Shown here: positions 28,145-37,842 of the stretch, one piece after another
Layout: each line of letters begins with the position of its first letter
How positions within the stretch are numbered: position 1 is the first letter of the stretch
DNA from: an uncultured Actinomycetes bacterium
GTDB lineage: Bacteria; Actinomycetota; Thermoleophilia; Gaiellales; JAICJC01
Direction of reading: 5' to 3'
NCBI GenBank assembly: GCA_963709425.1
Contig: CAVPWG010000004.1
Span: 39,971 to 103,970 of the forward strand
DNA length: 64,000 nt
The notes under the pieces: generated by a model
What the model saw: the letters and a program-made list of their open reading frames with translations, nothing else
Told to the model about the DNA's origin: nothing
Database searches by the model: none
Translations under genes and position numbers: made by a program

Positions 28145-28828
28145 GTGGTGCGGCTGCTCATTGGAGAGGACAGCTACCTCGTCCAACAGGGGATCCGGCA
28201 GGTGCTGGCCACGATGCCCGAGGTCGAGGTCGTCGGCATGTGCGAGACCACCGCTCAGCTGGAGCGGGCGATCGAGGCGGACGGCGCGGACGTCGTCCTG
28301 ACCGACATCCGCATGCCCCCGGGCCAGTCCGATGAGGGGATCGAGTTCGCGGCGCAGCTGCGAGACACCGATCCCGAGATCGGCGTGATCATCCTGAGCC
28401 AGTTCCTGGAGCCCGAGTACGCGGTCCGGCTCTTCGAGCAGGGCGCTGCCGGACGCGCCTATCTGCTCAAGGAGCGGATCGCGACGCCCGGTGAGCTGCG
28501 ACGCGCGATTACGACCGTCGCCTCCGGCGGCTCGGTGACCGATCCCAGGGTCGTCGAGGTGCTCGTTGCGGAGCGCCGACGGGCGGAGCGATCGCCGCTC
28601 AACGAGCTCACCCCGCGCGAGCTCGAGGTGCTCTCGCTGGTCGCCGAGGGACGAAGCAACTCGGCGATCGCCGGCGAGCTCTTCCTCACCAAACGGGCTG
28701 TCGAGAAGCACATCAACGCGATCTTCGCGAAGCTCGATCTGCCCGACGAGTCGGTCGCCAGTCGCCGCGTCCATGCGGCGCTGCTCTTCCTGTCTGAGCA
28801 GCACGAGGGGAGCCGGCCACACCGTTGA
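28145..28828 (+). CDS. NarL/LuxR-family response regulator
   Basis: Receiver segment is LLIGEDSYLV...VVLTDIRMPP...IILS. HTH is LTPRELEVLSLVAEGRSNSAIAGELFLTKRAVEKHINAIFAKL. GTG 28145 gives a typical 227 aa, while the ORF extends to ATG 28076. TACAAT at 28128-28133 is a candidate -10 box. Confidence 0.9.
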   Translation: MVRLLIGEDSYLVQQGIRQVLATMPEVEVVGMCETTAQLERAIEADGADVVLTDIRMPPGQSDEGIEFAAQLRDTDPEIGVIILSQFLEPEYAVRLFEQGAAGRAYLLKERIATPGELRRAITTVASGGSVTDPRVVEVLVAERRRAERSPLNELTPRELEVLSLVAEGRSNSAIAGELFLTKRAVEKHINAIFAKLDLPDESVASRRVHAALLFLSEQHEGSRPHR

Positions 28829-28910
28829 GCACGTGTGAGCACGGTGGCGCCCGACCGCCCCTGCTGCAACCATCGCCAGTGCCCCGGCATCTTCCCGGGC
28901 GAGCACGCGG

Positions 28911-29330
28911 ATGCCAACGGACGCCCCCGCCACCCGGCGACGACCCGGCGACCAAGGTTCGACAGGCGCCACGATTCGTGTGCTCGTGGCCGACGACAGC
29001 CCGGCCTTCCGCCGCGTCGCGATGCGGGTGATCGAGCTCAGCCCCGGCTTCGAGGTCGCCGCAACCGCGGCGACGAGCGAGGAGGCCGTGGAGCTGACGA
29101 GGAAGCTCCGGCCCGATCTCGTCCTGATGGACGTGCGGATGCCCGCCATGGGAGGGATCGATGCCGCCCGCCTGATCGGGACGGACTGCGGCACGCGAAT
29201 CGTGCTGATCTCCGGGAGCCGGCGAGAGGACACCCCGGGCATCTCGGCGACCGACCTTCCGTACATGGCGAAGGCCACTCTCGCGCCGGCGGCGCTGCAG
29301 GCGCTCTGGGACGAGCTCGCGGCCGGGTGA
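28911..29330 (+). CDS. Single-domain CheY-like response-regulator receiver
   Basis: IRVLVADDSPAFRR...DLVLMDVRMPAMGG...RIVLISG. There is no output domain. Confidence 0.8.
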   Translation: MPTDAPATRRRPGDQGSTGATIRVLVADDSPAFRRVAMRVIELSPGFEVAATAATSEEAVELTRKLRPDLVLMDVRMPAMGGIDAARLIGTDCGTRIVLISGSRREDTPGISATDLPYMAKATLAPAALQALWDELAAG

Positions 29331-29418
29331 CCGTCGCCGGGCTGGACCGCGCCGCGCTCGTACCCCGGCACATCGCTGCCTCGACGGCGTATCGTCTGCC
29401 ACCCAGCCCTGACGACGG

Positions 29419-31446
29419 ATGATCGACCACGCCTCCCATGAGTACGGACGGACGCCGGAGTGGCACCCGGAGCGTCCGCGGCTGGATCCGGTCCGCCTCG
29501 TCATCGCGTGGGTCGTGGCCGGCGCCGGCCTCCTCGCTGCCGCGTTCGTGCTCCCCGGAGTCTCCATCCCAGGGTTCTGGGGCGCGCTCCTCGTCGCCGC
29601 GCTGGTGGCGATCATGAACGCTGTCCTCCCTCCGGTCATCGCCGCGCTTCGCCTCCCGTTCATGCTCGGCCTGGGGTTCATCATCGTGCTCCTCGTGGAC
29701 GCGTGGATGCTGAAGACGGCGGCGCGCATCGCCCCGAGCAGCATCACGGTCGACTCGTACGGGTGGGCGCTGCTCGCCGCGCTCATCGCCGCCGCCGTGT
29801 CGATCATGCTGAACGTCATCTTCGGCGCCGACGACGACGACACGTACACCCTGCGCGTGATCCAGAGGATCGCCCGCAGGTCCGGCGAGCGGGTCGCCAC
29901 GGACGTGCCCGGCATCATCTACCTCGAGATCGACGGGCTCGGGCTGCCCGTGCTGCGCCGAGCGTTGCGGGACGGGAACGCGCCGCGGATGGCGGCGTGG
30001 CTCGGGAACGGCTCCCACCGGCTCGTGGAGTGGGAGACGGATCTCTCGTCGCAGACCGGCGCCAGCCAGGCCGGGATCCTGCTCGGCTCGAACGAGGACA
30101 TCCCGGCGTTCCGGTGGGTCGAGAAGGAGCGGGGAGTGGTCATGACATGCTCGGCGCCGGCCGACTGCGCCGAGATCGAGCGCCGCCGGGCCACGGGCGT
30201 CGGGCTGCTCACCGGCGGCGGCTCAAGCCGCGGCAATTTGCTGTCGGGAGAGGCCGACCAGGTCATCCTGACGGTGAGCCGGATCGAGGCCGAGAGGTCG
30301 GCGAACCCGGGGTACCGCGGATTCCTCGCCAACGGCTACAACGTCACACGCGCCCTGGTGCTCTTCTCATGGGAGGTCATCCTGGAGTGGATCGCCTCCC
30401 TCCGGGCGATCCGGCGCGACGTCCGGCCGCGAGGGCACCGGGGCGGCTACTACCCGTTCCTGCGGGGCGCGATGTGCGTCGTGGTTCGCGACCTGATCGT
30501 CTACGGCGTGCTGACCGACATGATGAAGGGCCGTCCGGCGGTCTATGCGACGTTCTCGAGCTACGACGAGGTGGCCCACCACTCCGGCCTCGAGCGGGCC
30601 GACACGCTCGAGGCGCTGCGGAAGCTCGACCAGCAATTCGGCCGGATCGATCGCGCCCGCCGGTTCGCGGCGCGCCCGTACGAGATCGTCGTCCTCTCCG
30701 ACCATGGCCAGACGCAGGGGGCGACGTTCAAGCAGCGGAACGGATACGGCCTCGACGAACTCGTCCGGCGATCGCTCGAGTCCGGTGAGGTGGGCCAGAT
30801 GGCCGACGGTGACGAGCAGCATGCGATGGCGGGCCTCGCCCTCGGCGAGGCAACCGGCCGGACCGACAAGGCGAAGCGCCCCAAGAACGACGTGTCGGGC
30901 CGCGACGCCATTGTCCTCGGCTCCGGCAACCTCGGCCTGATCTACCTCATGGAGGAGGATCGACGGCTGACGCTGGAGGAGCTCGAGCAGCGCCATCCCC
31001 GCCTCATCCCGGCCCTGCGTGAGCACCTGCACGTCGGATGGGTGCTCGTCCGCTCGGCGGAGCGCGGGCCGCTTGCGCTCGGCCGCGAAGGCATCCATCA
31101 TCTCGCCGACGGGACGATCGAGGGCGTCGATCCGCTCGGTCCGTTCTCGCCCACCGCCCCGCGCCATCTCCTGCGCACCGACGGCTTCGAGCACGTTGCG
31201 GACATCATGGTCGGGAGCTTCTACGACCCGATGCTCGACGAGGGGTGCGCGTTCGAGGAGCTGATCTCCTTCCACGGCGGCCTTGGCGGAATCCAAACGC
31301 GGCCGTTCATCCTCTATCCGACCCACCTTCCGGCACCCGACGGGCCGATCATCGGCGCGGCCGCGGTACACGGCCTGCTCCTGGGCTGGCGGCGGCACCT
31401 GCAGCCCGAGCCCGCACAGCCGGCTGCCGAGGCGACGCCGGCCTAG
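29419..31446 (+). CDS. Fusion protein: holin-superfamily-IV-type 4-TMS domain plus alkaline-phosphatase/nucleotide-pyrophosphatase-like domain
   Basis: The N-terminal ~130 aa resemble the stand-alone holin-family gene at 36945..37292: LNA.L.P....L..P......LG......VD. The C-terminal ~500 aa carry AP-superfamily-like segments LEIDGLG, FSSYDEVAHHSG and VVLSDHGQTQG. Confidence 0.75.
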   Translation: MIDHASHEYGRTPEWHPERPRLDPVRLVIAWVVAGAGLLAAAFVLPGVSIPGFWGALLVAALVAIMNAVLPPVIAALRLPFMLGLGFIIVLLVDAWMLKTAARIAPSSITVDSYGWALLAALIAAAVSIMLNVIFGADDDDTYTLRVIQRIARRSGERVATDVPGIIYLEIDGLGLPVLRRALRDGNAPRMAAWLGNGSHRLVEWETDLSSQTGASQAGILLGSNEDIPAFRWVEKERGVVMTCSAPADCAEIERRRATGVGLLTGGGSSRGNLLSGEADQVILTVSRIEAERSANPGYRGFLANGYNVTRALVLFSWEVILEWIASLRAIRRDVRPRGHRGGYYPFLRGAMCVVVRDLIVYGVLTDMMKGRPAVYATFSSYDEVAHHSGLERADTLEALRKLDQQFGRIDRARRFAARPYEIVVLSDHGQTQGATFKQRNGYGLDELVRRSLESGEVGQMADGDEQHAMAGLALGEATGRTDKAKRPKNDVSGRDAIVLGSGNLGLIYLMEEDRRLTLEELEQRHPRLIPALREHLHVGWVLVRSAERGPLALGREGIHHLADGTIEGVDPLGPFSPTAPRHLLRTDGFEHVADIMVGSFYDPMLDEGCAFEELISFHGGLGGIQTRPFILYPTHLPAPDGPIIGAAAVHGLLLGWRRHLQPEPAQPAAEATPA

Positions 31447-31551
31447 ATCCACCTGCCGGCACCCGGTCGGCGGTGTTGCGGACATCATCGCCCGCGCCCG
31501 CGCGGAGCGGTCGAATGTTCACCGTCAGACCGACCGAAGGGAGCCTTATCG

Positions 31552-31962
31552 ATGTCAGAGCACCGTGCACCAAGCGCGTCCGCCATCGGCGCCGCCATGT
31601 TTGCGGGCTCGATCATGATCATGATCGGCGTGTTCGGCGCACTCTCCGGGCTCGCCGGAATCCTCCGCGACGACTTCTACGTCGCGGCCCCCCACGACCT
31701 GTACAAGTTCGATACAACCGCGTGGGGATGGGTGCACCTGATCGTCGGCATCGTCGTGGTGTTCGCCGGCTACGGAATCTTCTCGGGGGCCGTCTGGGCC
31801 CGCACGGTCGGCGTCATCATGGCGATGATCAGCGCGATCACGAACTTCATGTTCATCCCGTACTACCCGTTCTGGTCCATCCTCATCATCGCGCTCGACG
31901 TCTGGGTCATCTGGGCGCTGGCGTTCCGCGGCGAGGACCTCCGGGCCCGGTCAGGGTACTAG
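31552..31962 (+). CDS. DUF7144-family membrane protein
   Basis: TTAWGWVHLIVGIVVVFAGYGIFSGAVWARTVGVIMAMISAITNFMFIPYYPFWSILIIALDVWVIWAL matches the family signature as I remember it. Confidence 0.75.
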   Translation: MSEHRAPSASAIGAAMFAGSIMIMIGVFGALSGLAGILRDDFYVAAPHDLYKFDTTAWGWVHLIVGIVVVFAGYGIFSGAVWARTVGVIMAMISAITNFMFIPYYPFWSILIIALDVWVIWALAFRGEDLRARSGY

Positions 31963-31971
31963 GCACGCCAA

Positions 31972-32003
31972 CTCTCCGGCCCGCCGTTCGGCGGGCCGGA
32001 GAG
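31972..32003. terminator. 14-bp perfect GC-rich hairpin between convergent genes
   Basis: ctctccggcccgcc, loop gttc, then ggcgggccggagag. It starts 10 nt after the stop at 31962 and ends 31 nt before the convergent stop at 32034. Confidence 0.6.
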
Positions 32004-32033
32004 CCCGGACGTCCTCGTGGTGCCAGCCGGGGC

Positions 32034-32546
32034 CTACGTCGTCGAGACGGCGTCCTCGTCGGCGAACGCGTCGCGCAGCTTGGACTCCTGCTCGTTGGAC
32101 AGGTTCGTGTGGATCAGCTCCACGCGACCCATCTGGTCGGTGAGCGCGTCCTTGATCTTGTCCTGCACGGCGTCGGACGTCAGCAGGAAGAGCGCCGACG
32201 TCCCGGGGGTCACCTCGTCGCGCACCTGCTTGATGAACCCGTCGTCGATGCCGACGTCGGTCAGCGACCCCGCGAGCGCACCCGTCGCCGCGCCGATCGC
32301 CAAGCCCAGCAGCGGGACGAAGAAGATCAGCCCGAACAACATGCCCCAGAAGGCGCCGCCGAGGGCGCCCGAGGTCGTCATGCTGCGAAGCTGTTCGGTC
32401 TTCGGCTTCCTGCGCCCCTCCGGCCAGGTGACGATCGCGGCGTCGTGGACGCGGATCAGCTCCTCCTTCTGGAGCCGCTCGAGCGTCGCCAAGGTGTTCT
32501 GGGCACCGTCTGCCGAGTCGAACTTCCACACGCTGAATGTGGCCAT
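32034..32546 (-). CDS. DUF1269-family membrane protein
   Basis: GAGGAGGG lies upstream of ATG 32546. The product is MATFSVWKFDSADGAQNTLATLERLQKEELIRVHDAAIVTWPEGRRKPKTEQL...GAFWGMLFGLIFFVPLLGLAIGAATGALAGSLTDVGIDDGFIKQVRDEVTPGTSALFLL. Confidence 0.8.
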   Translation of the reverse strand: MATFSVWKFDSADGAQNTLATLERLQKEELIRVHDAAIVTWPEGRRKPKTEQLRSMTTSGALGGAFWGMLFGLIFFVPLLGLAIGAATGALAGSLTDVGIDDGFIKQVRDEVTPGTSALFLLTSDAVQDKIKDALTDQMGRVELIHTNLSNEQESKLRDAFADEDAVSTT

Positions 32547-32657
32547 GCAACGCCCTCCTCTTCGTCGAGTGAACGGCCACAAGGCTCACCGCTCACATCC
32601 TGTCCGGCAAGGTGGCGCGCACGATACCTCCGATGAGGCCGACACCACCCGGTCCGG

Positions 32658-34436
32658 CTACGTCGCCGCGAGCGGGATCTCGCCTGTCACCGTCGTCCCG
32701 CCGCCGGCGTGGGACTCGATCGTGACAGCGCCCGTCCACAGCCTGCATGCGCTCGCGCATCGCGGCCAGCCCGGCGCCGCCCTCGGCGGGCGGGCGCATG
32801 CCACGGCCGGTGTCGGCGACGACGAATCGCACGAGGTCCTGCTCGACATCGACACGGACCGCGATGGTGGCGTCGGCGCCGGCGTGGGTGGCCGCGTTCC
32901 GCATCGCCTCCAGGCACGAGAAGTAGATGACGCTCTCGACCTCGCCGGGGAGGCGGCCCACTCCGGCTGCGTTCACCGTTGCGGGAAGCTGCGAGCGCCG
33001 CGCCGCCGCGCGGAGGGCGCTCGCCACACCCTCGGTCCGCAGGAGCGACGGGTAGATGCCATGCGCGAGCCGGCGCAGGTCGTCCATCGTCGCGTCCAGC
33101 TCTTCACCGATCTCCGCGATCAGCTGCCCGTGCTCCCCGTCGCTGGCAGCGTCGACGAGCCCCAGCCTCACGCGCAGAGCAACCAGGCGTTGCTCGGCTC
33201 CCTCCTGGAGATCGCGCTCCAGGCGACGGCGCTCCTCCCCGGCGACCGCCAGGAGCCGCATTCGTGAGTCGCGGATCTCCCGCTCCAGCCGGCCGGACTC
33301 CATCGAGATCAGCGTCGCGGTGCCGGCAGCATCGAGCAGCTCCGGGTCTGCGTCAAGCACGGGGTCATGGACGATCGACGGCGACGCGCGCTCCCAGATG
33401 GTCGTCGATCCAAAGCCACGAGCCCGCCGTGTCGTCGCGACGAACCGCCGCCCCGTCCAGCCCGAGGTAGGCGTCCTCTGCCTCCGACCAGACCGCGATG
33501 CGCAGGGTCGGGTCGTCGAGGGCGAGGGCGACATCGCGTTCCCATCGGCGCGCATCCGGGCGGCTCTTCGAGGCCGGCCACGAGCTGCTTGAGGGCGGCG
33601 CCGGCAAACACCTCGGCCTGGAGCAACGAGGCGACAAACGCCCACGGGAGAAGCAGCCGCACCGCGGCGAGCGACCACCGCACCGTCTCGACGACGCCCG
33701 GGGGAGCATCGATGACGTACGCGGTCAGCTGACGGAGGGCAAACAGGATGGCGTACGGGACGCCGACGACGACGATCCAGAACAGGGCCCGGCGGCGCGG
33801 CCGGGTCCCGGCGCGAAACCGGCGCACGAGCTCGAAGCACGCCAACACTCCGACGACCACGCCGCCGATCGCCTCCGCCCGGCCGATGTCCATCAGCGTC
33901 GCCGGGGAGATGGACCCCACCTGGAGCGCATTCGGTGGGCATACGACACGGCATTCGGCCAGCGGGTGGCCACCCGTCGTCACAGGCGAGAGCAGAACGT
34001 ACGGGAGGAAGAAGAGTGCGAGGACGGCGAAGATCAACGCCATCACCGATCTGTCCAGCCTCCCCGTCAGGCGTCCTGACGGAAACGCCAGGAGCGTGAA
34101 GAACGTCACGACCGTCACCGGCCAATCGGCCAGCACCGCGAGGCTGAAGACCAGCGAGTTGTCGGCACTCTGAAGCGCCGCCAGCGCCCACACAGCCGCG
34201 GACGCGAGGAGCGCCGGGCCAAGCAGGCTCGCCGGCCGGCGCACGAACCAGTACGCGCCGGCGGCGGCGAAGCCGGCGATGGTGGATGCCAGGAAGAGCG
34301 CATCTCCCCACGGGTAGCGCACGTGGTCGCTGGAGAGCGTGAGCGCGACTGCGCCGCCGGCTGCGGCGACGGCCGGCAAGCACGGCCCACCGCGCCATCC
34401 GCGCGCGGCTCGGGCTGCCGATATGCAAGCGCTCAC
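32658..34436 (-). pseudogene. Paralog of HK1 (HisKA_3 sensor kinase, HK2) broken by three +1 frame switches
   Basis: Four frame segments each align to HK1. They are: N-terminus to ...AALKQLVAGLE; SRPDARRWERDVALALDDPTLRIAVW...IDDHLGARVA; SIVHDPVLDADPELLDAAGTATLISME...H-box ERRRLERDLQEGAEQRLVAL...RERMQAVD; and GAVTIESHAGGGTTVTGEIPLAAT. Switches lie near 33563-33573, 33377-33386 and 32727-32737. Confidence 0.8.
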
Positions 34437-34546
34437 GGCTCGGGATGGCCACTCCCGGCGTGGCCCCGACGTCGTTCATCGCGACCCCTTGTGCGATTCG
34501 CCGAGAGGGTACAGAGGCTGCACCACGGCTGCAATGCGTAGCACGC

Positions 34547-35624
34547 TCAGTCGGCTGACGGCGCCACCCGGTGCCGGCGCCATGTCAGGCCCAGGAGCGC
34601 ACCGAGAACCAGCGTGGGAACAACCGTGAGAACCCGATAGAGCAGGACGGCGGCGACGGCCTCCGCGTTGTTCGCGCCGAATCCGACCAGGGCCGACGAC
34701 AGGCCGAGCTCGACGATCCCGACGCCGCCCGGCGTCGCCGGGATGGCGGTCAGGAGCCGCACGAGGCCCCAGGCGGCCAGCGCCTCGACCCAGCTGACCT
34801 GCGCCGGCATCCACGCCCGTCGCCCGGAGTGACACCAGAAGCACCCCGAACACGGTGAGATGCCCTGCGAACGCGGCGATCGTGATGACGGCCCACCGCC
34901 GTGCAAGGAGGTCGATGGTGTCGCGCCGGAACCGCACGACGGCCTCGCCCCATCCTTCGCGGGGGTGCCTCCTGACCAGGCGCAGCGCCCGGTTCGCAAG
35001 CCGCTCGGCCCGTTCGCCCGTCGCACGCGCCTGCGGCTCTCCCCGCAGCACCAGGCCGAGGGCCACCGCCAGCGCCACGATCGCGGCCATGCCGATCAGG
35101 CCGGCCGTCAGGAGGAGCGGGCTCGAGCCCCCCGACAGGAGAAGCAGCGAGAGCGCGAGCACCGGCAGGACGACGTTCACGACCTGGTTCCACACGCCGG
35201 TCACCACGACCGCCACCGCCACCGACGACCGCTCGAACCCCCACCCCCGCAGCATCGCGTACGACGCTGCGATCCCAACTGCGTCACCGCCTGGCACGGC
35301 GACGGAGAGCGCCGTGGACGTCTGCGTGAGCACCATGGACTGGCGGTAGTTGAGCCCGGGCAACGCGGCCATCCACGGCGGGCCGTACGTGGCGACGTTG
35401 ATCGCCGTCGCAACTGCGAGCGCAGCGATCTCGCCGTCGCTGAGGCTCGTCAAGACATCCCAGACGTCGGAGTAGTCGGCGATCCGCGGCAGAAGCACCG
35501 CGAACACGACGGCCACGATCGCGACGGCGCCGACCGATCCTGCGATCTTCCGCCATCGCGACTTCTGCGAGCGCGGCTCCGCGTCTCCGTCGCCGGCGGC
35601 GACCGGTTCCTCGCTACTACTCAC
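34547..35624 (-). pseudogene. LPG-synthase-TM/flippase-like (UPF0104) membrane protein, one +1 frame switch
   Basis: The frame of ORF 34476..35624 is protein-like up to ...LLVSLRATGVDA. It continues in the frame of ORF 34547..35026 as QVSWVEALAAWGLVRLLTAIPATPGGVGIVELGLSSALV... The switch is near 34799-34811. Confidence 0.65.
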
Positions 35625-36940
35625 TCCAGCAGGGGCCGCTTCAGCGCCTCGAACTCCTCGTCGCTCAGCGCACCCTGGGAACGCAGGGCGGCCAGGCGCT
35701 CAAGCCTGCGGACGTCGGAGTCGCTGCCACCACCGGTGCCCGGCACCGAGGCCAGGCGGCCGCGCACGCTTGCGGTGAACGTCCCGCCGGCCGCTTCGGG
35801 AAACTCGGCAGCCGACTGGCGACGGAGCGCCTCGAACCCGAGGGCGGCCAGGACCGTCAGGACGATCACCGGCAGCGGGCGGCGGAATGCCTGCGTGGGC
35901 GCCCAGGCGATCAGGAAGAGGACCACGACGGCGAACCCGGCCCACACGCGACCGGCATGCTCCCGCGCGTCATGCGCAAAGAGCCGCCTCAGCCCCACCG
36001 CGCGGTCGCCTGCGCCCGAGACCCAGGCCCAGGCAATGGTGATGATTCCCACGCCGATCACCGTACGGGTTGTGTCCTTGAGCTGGGCCGTGATGACATC
36101 CCAGGCCGCATTCGCCGCCGCCCGATCGTCGGGCAGCTGGGTGAGCGAATCGACCAGGATCCCACCCAGGACGACGCGTCCGATCACGAGGGCCACGCCG
36201 GCGACGAGTATACCGACGCCGCAGGCCCGCACAACCTCCCGCCGCCGTCCACGCGCGAGGTAGACCGCCAGCGCGTACAGGGCAAGCGCGACGAACGGCA
36301 GGACATAGGCCGACACCTTGAGCCAGTGCGCGGCCGTCTGGGCGGCCGAGAGCTGGTCGGATCGCAGGATCACGATGTGGCCCCCGGCAAGGGTGGTCGG
36401 CGGCTGGATGCCGACCCGCTCGGCGAGCTGCCCGATCATCGGGCTCGTGTTGATGGCGACCTCGCCGTTCGCCGTGCCGACGCGGGGCCCGCCGCCGTCG
36501 ATCACCACCAGGAGCTGGGCATGCGCCCTCCGATTGGCCGCGAGCCACAGGTTCTGCACACGGTCGGAGGCCAGCAGCCGCTCGGCTGCCCGCTGCGCGT
36601 ACTCGCGCAGTCCCGCCGCGGCCGGCGCCGCCAGCGGCTGCGCTGCCGGCGGGAGCAGTGTTTGCAGCTTGGCCGCGACGTCGACGTTGGCATAGAGCTG
36701 GTCGACCAGGTACGTGCTGAGCGATTGCTGGATCTCCGGCTGCTCGAGCAGCTGGCCGCTGGTCTGGGTGTAGTTGTCGGTGTTGAGCGCCTCGCGGGCG
36801 ACCCACACGGCCAGCACCGCGATGGCGAGCACGACCGAGGCCAGGACGATCAGCCCGCGGATACCCCATTTCCGGCGGCGGCTCGGCGTGGCGTCGGCAG
36901 TCGTCTGGACGGCAGATGCCGGCGGTGGCTGAAGTGCCAT
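35621..36940 (-). CDS. Membrane protein with C-terminal SHOCT domain
   Basis: There is an N-terminal TM helix, a large helical region and about four further TM helices. The C-terminus is LAALRSQGALSDEEFEALKRPLL. A 4-nt overlap joins it to the downstream gene. Confidence 0.65.
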   Translation of the reverse strand: MALQPPPASAVQTTADATPSRRRKWGIRGLIVLASVVLAIAVLAVWVAREALNTDNYTQTSGQLLEQPEIQQSLSTYLVDQLYANVDVAAKLQTLLPPAAQPLAAPAAAGLREYAQRAAERLLASDRVQNLWLAANRRAHAQLLVVIDGGGPRVGTANGEVAINTSPMIGQLAERVGIQPPTTLAGGHIVILRSDQLSAAQTAAHWLKVSAYVLPFVALALYALAVYLARGRRREVVRACGVGILVAGVALVIGRVVLGGILVDSLTQLPDDRAAANAAWDVITAQLKDTTRTVIGVGIITIAWAWVSGAGDRAVGLRRLFAHDAREHAGRVWAGFAVVVLFLIAWAPTQAFRRPLPVIVLTVLAALGFEALRRQSAAEFPEAAGGTFTASVRGRLASVPGTGGGSDSDVRRLERLAALRSQGALSDEEFEALKRPLLE

Positions 36941-36944
36941 ACGG

Positions 36945-37292
36945 TCATTCCCTCCCGAACACGAGCTGTATGAGCAGGCCCGCGAGCCAGACGATCAGCG
37001 TCACCTTGAGCACTGACACGAACCCGCCGAGGTCGAGGGCGTCCACGAGTGCTCCGGTGAGCGCGATGATGACGACGTCAACGAGTAAGAGGCTCAGCCC
37101 GAGCGTGATCACGTGCAGCGGCGCGCCGAGGATCCTCAGGATCGGCCTCAGAAAGGCGTTCAGCAGGCCGAGCACGAGGCCCGCCATTGCAAGCCCCGCG
37201 AACCCGGTCACCGTTACCGAGCCGACGGCGAGGACAGCCACCCCGAGGACGGCAGTGTTGTACGCCCACCAAAAGAGGATGCGGCCGATCAC
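36945..37292 (-). CDS. Holin superfamily IV (4-TMS) family membrane protein
   Basis: GTG 37292 sits in a GTGA overlap with the upstream stop. The product is VIGRILFWWAYNTAVLGVAVLAV...LLNAFLRPILRILGAPLHVITLGLSLLLVDVVIIAL. Confidence 0.65.
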   Translation of the reverse strand: MIGRILFWWAYNTAVLGVAVLAVGSVTVTGFAGLAMAGLVLGLLNAFLRPILRILGAPLHVITLGLSLLLVDVVIIALTGALVDALDLGGFVSVLKVTLIVWLAGLLIQLVFGRE

Positions 37293-37720
37293 GGACGCTG
37301 GCCCGCGGAGCGGACGCTCTTGATCGAATCGAGACGGCGCGCGAGCCCGTCGAGATGTGCGGCCCGCGGTCGCCCGACTTCGACGATGTCGCCGTCGCCG
37401 TGCTCGCGGATCGCAACGACCGCCGGGTCGTACGCGAGCAGCAGCCGCTTGCGATCGGGCTCGATGTGGACGACCGCCGAGACGGGCACCAGCAGGAGGC
37501 GCCGCCTGAAGAGCCCGGCGGCGACGGCCAGGTCGCGCTCTCGAACCTCCGCGACGACGCCGACCCGGCCGGCCGGCCCCCACGCGTCGAACCCCTCACA
37601 GGATCGCAGCCAGTACTCGGCGTCGACCGGCGCCGCCACCGACGGCCCCTCAGCGGGCCGCGAGGCATCGTCGGACCGCGGCTGCGTGAGCCCCAAGAGC
37701 GTCGTCCGCGGAATCCTCAC
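37289..37720 (-). CDS. PRC-barrel-like domain protein; start uncertain
   Basis: GRVGVVAEVRERDLAVAAGLFRRRLLLVPVSAVVHIEPDRKRLLLAY resembles a PRC barrel. GGAGG lies 8 nt upstream of GTG 37720. The ORF extends to 37978. Confidence 0.55.
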   Translation of the reverse strand: MRIPRTTLLGLTQPRSDDASRPAEGPSVAAPVDAEYWLRSCEGFDAWGPAGRVGVVAEVRERDLAVAAGLFRRRLLLVPVSAVVHIEPDRKRLLLAYDPAVVAIREHGDGDIVEVGRPRAAHLDGLARRLDSIKSVRSAGQRP

Positions 37721-37842
37721 CTCTCCATCCTCCAGGTCAGCCGACCGACTGGAGCCTGACGATGGCGCAAATCCCGGGCCCATCCAAGGGCGCGGGCACG
37801 TCGCGCCGATTCGTGCCGGCACGGTGTCAGATTGCATCGGAT

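Noticed and set aside
32593-34479. The 628-aa ORF 32593..34479 read as an intact histidine kinase.
   Set aside because: Only part of it is protein-like: roughly the stretch from SIVHDPVLD through the H-box to ...MRERMQAVD. The N-terminal ~370 aa read as Arg/Pro junk, and the last ~25 codons are also junk. The real sensor region and the extreme C-terminus lie in other frames, judged by comparison with the intact paralog HK1.
29419-37292. A prophage or lysis cassette suggested by the two 'phage holin family' domains.
   Set aside because: No endolysin, terminase, capsid, tail, integrase or repressor genes are present. This 4-TMS domain family is common in non-phage actinobacterial membrane proteins.
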